Shown here in pieces: positions 15,356 through 26,363 of a stretch of DNA of 32,000 bases. Location of the stretch: contig NC_001263.1 in the NCBI RefSeq assembly GCF_000008565.1, positions 2,353,347 to 2,385,346 on the forward strand, in the 5' to 3' direction. Below the pieces are notes generated by a model. It made no database searches. It was not told where the DNA came from and saw only the letters and a program-made list of their open reading frames with translations. Made by a program: the position numbers and the translations under genes. Source of the stretch: Deinococcus radiodurans R1 = ATCC 13939 = DSM 20539 (GTDB lineage: Bacteria; Deinococcota; Deinococci; Deinococcales; Deinococcaceae). Positions within the stretch are counted from its first letter, which is position 1, and every line of letters begins with the position of its first letter.

Positions 15356-16759
15356 ATGACGAACAACTTTGACTATGACGTGCTGGTCATCGGCGCGGGT
15401 CCCGGCGGCTATCACGCGGCCATTCGCGCCTCGCAGCTCGGGCTGAAAACGGCCTGCGTGGAGCGCGGCGCGGTGGGCGGCGTCTGTCTCAATATCGGCT
15501 GCATTCCGACCAAGGCGCTGCTACACGCCGCCGAAACCATGCAGGCGAGCAAGCACGCCGCCGAGTTCGGGCTGACCTTCAGCGGGCAGGCCCTTGACAT
15601 CGCCCGACTCAACGGCTGGAAAGACAGCATCGTGAAGAAGCTGACGGGCGGCGTCTCGGGGCTGTTCAAGGCCAACAAGGTCACGCTGCTCACCGGACAG
15701 GCCAGCTTCGTGGACGACCACACCGTGCAGGTGGGCGACAAGACCTACACGGCGGCCAACATCATCATCGCCACCGGCTCCGACCCGGCCAAACTGCCGG
15801 GGCTGGAAGTGGACCAGCAGCAGATCGTGGACTCGACCGGCGCGCTGGTCATGCCCGACCCGGTGCCGGCCCGGATGCTGTGCGTGGGCGGCGGCGTGAT
15901 CGGCTTCGAGTTCGCGCAGGTCTACAACAACCTCGGCAGCCAGGTCAAAATCATCGAGTTTCTGCCCAGCGTGATTCCCGGCGCCGACGCCGACGCGGTC
16001 AAGGAATTTTCCAAGATCATGAGCCGGCAGGGCATCGAAATCGTGACCCAGATGAAGGCCAACCGCGCAGAGAAAAAGAGCGACGGCGTGCATGTGGAAC
16101 TCGAAAACGTGAAGACCGGCGAGAAGACCACCGAAGTCTTTGACCGGGTGCTCGTCGCCGTGGGCCGCCGCCCGCGCACCGACGGCCTGAACCCGGAACA
16201 AGCCGGCGTGACCGTGACCGAGCGCGGCTTCATTCCCGCCGACAAGCAGCAGCGCACCAACGTGCCGCACATCTTCTCCATCGGGGACGTGGCCGGCAAC
16301 CCCATGCTGGCGCACAAGGCGATGAAGGAGGGGCTGGTGGCCGCCGAGGTCATCGCCGGTAAACCCGCCGAGCAGGACGCCGTCGCCATTCCCGGCGTGG
16401 TCTACACCAACCCCGAGCTCGCCTGGGTGGGTCTGACCGAAGCCGAGGCGCAGGAGAAGGGCTACGAGGTCAAGACCGGCGTGTTCCCCATGAGCGCCTC
16501 AGGCCGCGCCATGACGCTGCAAGCCACCGAAGGCTTTGTCAAGATGGTCGTGGAGAAAGACACCGACCTGCTGCTGGGCGTGCACATCGTGGCGCCGCAC
16601 GCCTCAGACATGCTCGCCGAAGCGGGGCTGGCGCTCGAAATGGCCGCCACCGCCACCGACATTTCGCTGACCATCCACGCGCACCCCACGCTGGGCGAGT
16701 CCATCTTGGAAGCGGCGGAAGCGAGCCACAAGCAGGCGATTCATATCGTGAACCGCTGA
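15356..16759 (+). CDS. lpdA: Dihydrolipoyl dehydrogenase (E3, 467 aa)
   Basis: FAD motif GAGPGGY, redox disulfide [16 protein letters not shown] motif GGGVIGFE, C-terminal HAHPTLGE. Confidence 0.93.
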   Translation: MTNNFDYDVLVIGAGPGGYHAAIRASQLGLKTACVERGAVGGVCLNIGCIPTKALLHAAETMQASKHAAEFGLTFSGQALDIARLNGWKDSIVKKLTGGVSGLFKANKVTLLTGQASFVDDHTVQVGDKTYTAANIIIATGSDPAKLPGLEVDQQQIVDSTGALVMPDPVPARMLCVGGGVIGFEFAQVYNNLGSQVKIIEFLPSVIPGADADAVKEFSKIMSRQGIEIVTQMKANRAEKKSDGVHVELENVKTGEKTTEVFDRVLVAVGRRPRTDGLNPEQAGVTVTERGFIPADKQQRTNVPHIFSIGDVAGNPMLAHKAMKEGLVAAEVIAGKPAEQDAVAIPGVVYTNPELAWVGLTEAEAQEKGYEVKTGVFPMSASGRAMTLQATEGFVKMVVEKDTDLLLGVHIVAPHASDMLAEAGLALEMAATATDISLTIHAHPTLGESILEAAEASHKQAIHIVNR

Positions 16760-16791
16760 GGCGACAGCGGGCACCACGTCAATTCACAAAG

Positions 16792-16829
16792 AGAACTCCC
16801 CGACCAAGACCGGCGGGGAGTTCTTTTTT
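16792..16829 (+). terminator. Rho-independent terminator of lpdA
   Basis: An 11-bp perfect stem AGAACTCCCCG (16792-16802) / CGGGGAGTTCT (16814-16824) followed by TTTTT. Confidence 0.75.
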
Positions 16830-16837
16830 CATGCTGC

Positions 16838-17398
16838 TCAGATGCGCTGGCGACGGGGCCTGACCCGATTGTAGAGCTTGAAGGCCAGCACGCCGAAGCC
16901 CGCGAGGCCCAGCACAGCCAGCAGCGGCGCAAAGACGGCGAGGACGCTCAGCGTGAGGCTGCCCGCGTCCTCGGCGGCGCTGATGACCGGATTGCCGAGG
17001 CCCGCCGTGGTGGCGGTGGAGACGGGGCGCAAGGCGCTGCGGGTGGCGTGGACCCCGCCCGCGACCAGTAGGCCGAGCACGGCGCTGACCGCCGGGGGCA
17101 CGTCGGCCACGCCCATCTGCGAGGCGGCGAGCACCGCTCCGGCCCCGGTGTTGATGACGGTGCCCGCGACGTGGAGCGCGTGGTCTACGCCGGGAATCTT
17201 GTCACCGACAAAATCGAGCACGCCGAGCAGCCCGACCAGCACCATGAAATAAGGGTTCGAGATGATGTCGAAGGGCGCACCCAGGTGCATAAAGCCGAAG
17301 TGGTCGAGTGCCCCCACGATCAGCAGCGGAATGTAGGCGTTCAGCCCCGCCGCACCCGACAGGCCCAGCGCCGAAAGCAAACCGGAGAACAGTTCCAT
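16838..17398 (-). CDS. DUF4126-like integral membrane protein (186 aa)
   Basis: Glycine/alanine-rich multi-TM protein ([22 protein letters not shown]...[10 protein letters not shown]). GGAG lies upstream of ATG 17398. The family call is from memory. Confidence 0.65.
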   Translation of the reverse strand: MELFSGLLSALGLSGAAGLNAYIPLLIVGALDHFGFMHLGAPFDIISNPYFMVLVGLLGVLDFVGDKIPGVDHALHVAGTVINTGAGAVLAASQMGVADVPPAVSAVLGLLVAGGVHATRSALRPVSTATTAGLGNPVISAAEDAGSLTLSVLAVFAPLLAVLGLAGFGVLAFKLYNRVRPRRQRI

Positions 17399-17450
17399 AC
17401 CGCTCCTGAATACGCGCCGCCAGGACAGAAGTTGCCTGGGTCACCTTGAG

Positions 17451-18098
17451 TCAGTCTTGAGCGTCACCCGGTGCCCCGTCCGCTGCCGGTGCCGGGGCGG
17501 CTGGCGGGGCAGGCGGCTGGGGGCGCAGGTCGGTGCCGTTGTACATCTGCTGCGCTTCGGCGAGTCCCTGCACCGCCCACAGCTCCGCCGCGCCAACCCC
17601 GAGGCGCACGAGTTCGGCGAGCGTTTCGCGTTCCTCGTCGCGCCACTTGCTCAGCACCCAGTCGGCGGGGTCACGGCCAGCGGGGGGGCGGGAAATGCCG
17701 ATTTTGAGCCGGGGAAAGCGGTCGTAGCCCAGCCGGGCGATGATGTCGCGCACTCCGTTTTGGCCGCCGTGCCGCCCGCCCAGGCGAAAGCGCAGCAGGC
17801 CGAAGGGGCTGTCGAGGTCGTCCTGCACGACGAGAAGCTGCTCGCCCTCCAGTTTGTAGAACGACATCAGCGGCCAAACCGCCTTGCCCGAGGTGTTCAT
17901 AAAGGTCTGGGGCTTGACGAGCAGCACCTTCTCGCCGGGCGCCGTACCCAGCCGCACTTCGCAGACCTCGGCCTCGCCGTCCTTGCGCCAGCTTCCTCCG
18001 GCCCGCCGCGCGAGTTCGTCCACGACCAGCCAGCCCACGTTGTGCCGGGTCTGCGCGTACTTTTCGCCGGGATTGCCCAGACCTACGATCAGTTTCAA
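17451..18098 (-). CDS. pth: Peptidyl-tRNA hydrolase (215 aa, Pro/Ala-rich C-terminal tail)
   Basis: [23 protein letters not shown], catalytic His and the [12 protein letters not shown] motif. Confidence 0.93.
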
Positions 18099-18509
18099 TT
18101 ACGCCTCCACACTGTTCAGGATTTCGCGCCAGCGAGCTTCCGTCTCGCGCACCTTGGCGTCGTCTTTGGCGCGGGCGCGGCCCCTACGGAAGTCGGCAAA
18201 GTTGGTGTCGGTGTCGGAAAACAGCAGGCCCAGCGCGAACTTCACGTCGGTCACGTTCTGCTCGGTCAGGGGGCGGTCCTTGGCGTCCAGCACCTCGTCG
18301 AGCGTCGCCATCAGGCCGGAAACGGGCCGCAGCCACTGGAAGGCAGGGTCGTTCACGACGAGGCTGTAGAGCTTGTAGGGACCGTCAATTGGGCCGTGCA
18401 GGAACTCGTACTCGCCCTTGGCGAAATCGAGCAGCGCCGAGTGGTAATGCCGCAGCGCCTGCGCGAGCGAATCGAGCTTGGTCCGGATGGCCGCGTCGGA
18501 AGAGGTCAT
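18099..18509 (-). CDS. Hypothetical protein (136 aa), first gene of the pth operon
   Basis: High GC3. The stop TAA (18099-18101) abuts the pth ATG (18098). I recognise no family. Confidence 0.6.
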   Translation of the reverse strand: MTSSDAAIRTKLDSLAQALRHYHSALLDFAKGEYEFLHGPIDGPYKLYSLVVNDPAFQWLRPVSGLMATLDEVLDAKDRPLTEQNVTDVKFALGLLFSDTDTNFADFRRGRARAKDDAKVRETEARWREILNSVEA

Positions 18510-18780
18510 AGACCTGAGGATAGCGGCGGCGATGGGCTCAGGGTGAGGTAACCTTCACGCCCAGTTGCCGCGCCGCGTCGGCCTGCGTGGCCTGCACGCC
18601 GTCCGCGCCATAAGTTGTCGGCCCGTTGCGGCAAAAGCGCGGGCGAGGGGCACGGTCTCGGGGTGAACCATGGCGCCGATGATCGCAGAAGCCAGACAAG
18701 CACCCGCCCAAAGGGGCAAGGTGGCCGCATCTTGTACGTGTTTTCGGGCAGGCATACCATCCCTGGTATGTCAAGCCGTT

Positions 18781-18886
18781 GCCGGTCTCCCAGCACGGTG
18801 GTAAAGTCGGGCACCGAAGCACCTCCAGCTGCTTGACTCGTGACCACCAGCGTACCCCCTGCTGTCCCTTTCGGCGAAGAGACGGC
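18781..18886 (-). ncRNA. Candidate structured RNA element (unclassified); strand assigned from G-U pairing
   Basis: Closing helix 18781-18789 / 18879-18886. Inner helix GGTGGT 18797-18802 / ACCACC 18843-18848. A hairpin at 18810-18823 reads GGUGC-UUCG-GUGCC on the minus strand. Five helix positions are C-A mismatches on plus but G-U pairs on minus. Confidence 0.3.
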
Positions 18887-18958
18887 TTCCCGTGTTGTGC
18901 CGGGGCGCTGGCGGCCAGTCCCTCTTCCCCGTCCCCGCCGCCATCCGCAAGGAGTTCC

Positions 18959-23035
<4,077 letters not shown>

Positions 23036-23042
23036 AGGAAGT

Positions 23043-23065
23043 GGGGGGCTGCGGCCCCTCTTTCC
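23043..23065 (+). terminator. Rho-independent terminator of nrdJ
   Basis: GGGGC (23045-23049), TGCG loop, GCCCC (23054-23058), then TCTTTCC. It begins 8 nt after the stop. Confidence 0.55.
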
Positions 23066-23103
23066 GAAAATCGGGGACTCAAAAGGAGGTGATGGAAATG
23101 AAA

Positions 23104-23134
23104 CCGACGCTTTAGGCATGGCCTAAAACGTCGG
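23104..23134. repeat. Long hairpin (14 bp, one mismatch, 3-nt loop)
   Basis: CCGACGCTTTAGGC (23104-23117) pairs with GCCTAAAACGTCGG (23121-23134). Confidence 0.85.
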
Positions 23135-23148
23135 AACCAGAACAATAG

Positions 23149-23208
23149 GGCCTCAAGAGGAGCTACCGCTCAGGCTAGGGGTAGCAAGAGAGTAGCCCTC
23201 TTGAGGCC
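23149..23208. repeat. Nested inverted repeat (12-bp perfect outer stem, 6-bp inner stem)
   Basis: Outer stem: GGCCTCAAGAGG (23149-23160) / CCTCTTGAGGCC (23197-23208). Inner stem: GCTACC (23162-23167) / GGTAGC (23180-23185). Confidence 0.85.
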
Positions 23209-23250
23209 GACAGGCAATCGTTTCGCCTCTCAAAGCCCATAAGGAGCTCT

Positions 23251-23385
23251 ATGCCCAAGAAGGCCACCAGTCCGAAAGTCGCCAAAGTCGCTTCAAAAAT
23301 CCTCTCCAATCCTCGCAGCTCAAAGAGTGCGAAGGTTGTTGCCGGAAGTGCTCTCAGCCAGCGCGAACGCAAGAAGGTCCGATGA
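23251..23385 (+). CDS. Small Lys/Ser-rich protein (44 aa), not in the supplied ORF track
   Basis: AAGGAG (23241-23246) lies 4 nt before ATG 23251. The product is MPKKATSPKVAKVASKILSNPRSSKSAKVVAGSALSQRERKKVR. The stop overlaps the next ATG (ATGA at 23382-23385). The internally repeated S-x-K-x-A-K-V-x-A pattern resembles small conserved hypothetical proteins I recall from other bacteria. Confidence 0.5.
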   Translation: MPKKATSPKVAKVASKILSNPRSSKSAKVVAGSALSQRERKKVR

Positions 23386-23594
23386 GCTTCAGGCTCAACC
23401 GTGAAGCCGCTGTTAAAGCCTTACAGGCAAAAGCCAACGCTATCGCTTTACAGAAGTTGAGTGAAGCAGCCGCCAACATCCATTGTGAAGAGCATGGATG
23501 CTCACCGAGTGTCAGGCTTGAACAGGACAGACTGCGCATTGAGGGTTGCTGCGGCACACCCGAACAGCTCATACATAGGCTCCAGCATCAGTAA
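23382..23594 (+). CDS. Small Cys-containing hypothetical protein (70 aa)
   Basis: It is translationally coupled to the preceding small ORF. It has an N-terminal helical region and a C-terminal CEEHGC...GCC cluster. It lies in the lower-GC islet and is followed by the terminator at 23613. Confidence 0.5.
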   Translation: MSFRLNREAAVKALQAKANAIALQKLSEAAANIHCEEHGCSPSVRLEQDRLRIEGCCGTPEQLIHRLQHQ

Positions 23595-23612
23595 CATGCT
23601 TTGAGCTATCCT

Positions 23613-23640
23613 CCCCCGCCCAGCGCGGGGGATGTTCTTT
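23613..23640 (+). terminator. Rho-independent terminator of the two-small-ORF unit
   Basis: CCCCCGC (23613-23619), 5-nt loop, GCGGGGG (23625-23631), followed by ATGTTCTTT. Confidence 0.65.
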
Positions 23641-23707
23641 GCACAATGCAAACAGCAGATCAGCCAATTCCTCAGCCTATCCAGTGTCCATCCCCTACCC
23701 TCTTTCC

Positions 23708-24190
23708 ATGACTCAACCCCTCCCCCTGACCCCCGAGGGCCTGTCCCGTCTCCAGGCGGCGCTGGAGCGCGAGCAGGCGCGGCGGGAAGAAGCGCGGCGC
23801 GTGGTGCAGGAGCAGATGGAGGCCAACGAGAACGAGAGCCTCGACCTCGCGGCGGCGCAGGAAACGCTGGGGGCCGTCGAAGCCCGTATCGAGGAGCTGG
23901 AAGACCAACTGGCCCGCGCGGTGGTGCTGGCCCCCGGCGCGGGGAACGATGGCCGGGCCGCCGTAGGAAGCCGGGTGACCCTGCTGAACATCGGCCTGGG
24001 CCGGGAGCTGCCGCTGCACCTCGTGAGCGCCGCCGAGGCCGCAGCGGGGCCGGGGACCAGCGGCGTGGCCCTGGTCAGCACCGAGAGTCCCGTGGGCCGG
24101 GCGCTGCTGGGGCGCCGCGCGGGTGAGGAGTTCACCGTGGACCTGGGCCGCACGCAGGCGCAGTACCGGGTGCTGATGGTGGAAAGCTGA
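23708..24190 (+). CDS. GreA/GreB-family (Gfh-like) transcription elongation factor paralogue (160 aa)
   Basis: N-terminal coiled coil (LSRLQAALEREQARREEARRVVQEQMEANENES...VEARIEELEDQLARA). C-terminal FKBP-like domain VSTESPVGRALLGRRAGEEFTV. The start is taken at ATG 23708 rather than 23639. Confidence 0.8.
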   Translation: MTQPLPLTPEGLSRLQAALEREQARREEARRVVQEQMEANENESLDLAAAQETLGAVEARIEELEDQLARAVVLAPGAGNDGRAAVGSRVTLLNIGLGRELPLHLVSAAEAAAGPGTSGVALVSTESPVGRALLGRRAGEEFTVDLGRTQAQYRVLMVES

Positions 24191-24215
24191 GCGAGCGGGA
24201 AGCCGAACTGTGTTG

Positions 24216-24231
24216 CCAAACGCCCGTTTGG
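24216..24231. promoter_or_regulatory. Palindrome CCAAAC-GCCC-GTTTGG, candidate TetR operator
   Basis: A perfect 6+6 inverted repeat ending 53 nt upstream of the tetR ATG (24285). The operator assignment is inference only. Confidence 0.3.
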
Positions 24232-24284
24232 TTGAGCGCGGCGCGTGCTAGTCTTTTCCGAGTGCGCTGCCGCGCCTTCTCGAT

Positions 24285-24878
24285 ATGACCGAAACGACCA
24301 AGCCCCGCCGCGAACAGATTCATGATGTCGCCAGCCGCCTGTTTTCCGAGCGCGGCTACCACGCCACGTCCATGCGTGACCTCGCCGGACAGCTGGGGAT
24401 GCAGGGCGGCAGCCTCTACGCGCACATCAGCGGTAAGGAAGAATTGCTGGTCGAAATCGTGCGCGGAGCATCGCAGCAGTTCGACGAGGCGCTGTTCTCG
24501 CTGCGTGACGTGAACCTCCCCGCTGACGAGAAGCTGCGTGAGGCGATGTTTCGCCATATCCAGGTCGTGGCCGACAACATGGACAGCGCGACGGTGTTTT
24601 TCCACGAGTGGAAGCACCTTTCCGCCGAGCCGTATGCCCAGGTGGTGGCGTGGCGCGACACCATCGACATCTTTTACCGAGACCTGGTGGCGCAGGGCGT
24701 CCGCGACGGCACTTTCCGCGCCGACCTCGACGTTCGGGCGGCGGCCAACCTGATTCTGTCTGCCGTGAACTGGACCTACACCTGGTATCGCCCCGGCGGG
24801 CGGCTCTCCCCGCGTGACGTGGCCGAGCAGTTTGCCGACATGCTGCTCAGCGGGCTTATGGCAGGTGAGCTCCAATAG
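24285..24878 (+). CDS. TetR/AcrR-family transcriptional regulator (197 aa)
   Basis: N-terminal [47 protein letters not shown]. Confidence 0.9.
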   Translation: MTETTKPRREQIHDVASRLFSERGYHATSMRDLAGQLGMQGGSLYAHISGKEELLVEIVRGASQQFDEALFSLRDVNLPADEKLREAMFRHIQVVADNMDSATVFFHEWKHLSAEPYAQVVAWRDTIDIFYRDLVAQGVRDGTFRADLDVRAAANLILSAVNWTYTWYRPGGRLSPRDVAEQFADMLLSGLMAGELQ

Positions 24879-25201
24879 CCGTTCCGCCCACCGTCACCGT
24901 TCGGCTGCGCGACGCCCTGCGCCATGCCCAGAAGCGGGCCGCCGACCTCGGGCGCACCCAGCAGCTTGAAATCGGCGAGGACCTGTTTATCCGCATCGCC
25001 CCCGGCGGACGCAAGTTCCTGCTGTTTTGCCTCGACGGCGAGCCGACGCCCCAGCAGGGCGAGGACATCGCGGCGGTGCTGGGCCTGCAAGACCCGGCTT
25101 ACGGTTGGCATCAGGGCAACACTCTGCGCTCGCTGACAGTTATCGAAGTGGGGGCAGAGGACGCAGAAGAACAGCCGTTGCCTGATCCGACTGACGACTG
25201 A
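24875..25201 (+). CDS. Hypothetical protein (about 108 aa) with no canonical start codon; putative ATA start overlapping the tetR stop
   Basis: The frame is open 24869-25201 with strongly G/C-biased third positions. The product is ...[102 protein letters not shown]. There is no in-frame ATG/GTG/TTG until near the 3-prime end. AGGTGA (24863-24868) lies 6 nt upstream of ATA 24875. Confidence 0.45.
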   Translation: MAVPPTVTVRLRDALRHAQKRAADLGRTQQLEIGEDLFIRIAPGGRKFLLFCLDGEPTPQQGEDIAAVLGLQDPAYGWHQGNTLRSLTVIEVGAEDAEEQPLPDPTDD

Positions 25202-25279
25202 GGAGTGACAACAACCTGAGAGACAAAAACAGTGGCCCCGCGCGGAAGCCACTGTTTTGTCAGGTCTGAAGAGAACTGC

Positions 25280-25936
<657 letters not shown>

Positions 25937-26072
25937 TGTCTTACCCTCCTCCCCTTACTCTAAAACCTGAGCACCGGTCAGGTGTCCGGGTGAAGTCTTT
26001 ACCAACCTTCAGTTTTCCGCGCCCCGGCACCGACTGTGCGGGAGCTTTCGCAGTTGCCCGGTGCGCTGGCGC

Positions 26073-26267
26073 TTATTCCTGACCGTTCGGAACGCCCTGC
26101 TGCGCATGCTCGTCCGTGATTTCCTCTGTCTTGGCCCGGTCCTGGGCCGTCGCCGGGCCGCCCTGCAACCTGGGGTCGAGGTTGGTGTTCGCGCCGTGCG
26201 TCTCGGTGGCGCTGCCGGTGGTCGTCTGGGGGGTGCTGGGGGTGCTGCTCGGTCGGCCTTCGCCCAT
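26073..26267 (-). CDS. Small hydrophilic, probably disordered protein (64 aa)
   Basis: AAGGAGGA lies 6 nt upstream of ATG 26267. The product is MGEGRPSSTPSTPQTTTGSATETHGANTNLDPRLQGGPATAQDRAKTEEITDEHAQQGVPNGQE. Function unknown. Confidence 0.5.
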   Translation of the reverse strand: MGEGRPSSTPSTPQTTTGSATETHGANTNLDPRLQGGPATAQDRAKTEEITDEHAQQGVPNGQE

Positions 26268-26363
26268 CTGGAGTCCTCCTTGTCGTGAGGCTTCATTGTG
26301 GCGTGCCGGCAAGGCACAAAGGAAAGGGCAGGTTGAGCAAACGCTTTTCCTCAACTTGCTTCC

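Noticed and set aside
18555-18755. 66-aa minus-strand ORF inside the long nrdJ/pth intergenic region
   Set aside because: GC3 is about 70% by my count, below what real genes here seem to show. There is no SD, the ATG lies inside the palindrome at 18753-18770, and the tail is Arg-rich. It is probably non-coding leader.
18779-18895. Cobalamin riboswitch (B12-box-like GGGAGACCGGC on minus, GGTGGTAAAGTC on plus) or T-box (GGUGGU..ACG) in the nrdJ leader
   Set aside because: Only short partial matches are present. On either strand I could not find the GGUGnnAAnnCC, GCCACUG and GGGAAGGC core in the correct order. NrdJ is the B12-dependent enzyme, so a B12-off switch is not expected there. On the minus strand the downstream operon (hypothetical-pth) is not a B12 or aaRS gene. 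I kept the region only as an unclassified structured-RNA candidate.
23175-23372. 65-aa minus-strand ORF in the low-GC islet
   Set aside because: It is antisense to the SD-preceded 44-aa plus-strand ORF and has no SD. The plus-strand pair has ATGA coupling and a downstream terminator, which fits the plus orientation better.
24776-25252. 158-aa minus-strand ORF and 70-aa plus-strand ORF (24924-25136)
   Set aside because: Both give Cys/Arg/Ser/Pro-rich translations with poor third-position bias. A different plus frame (24869-25201) shows the expected GC3 bias and a protein-like sequence, despite lacking a canonical start.
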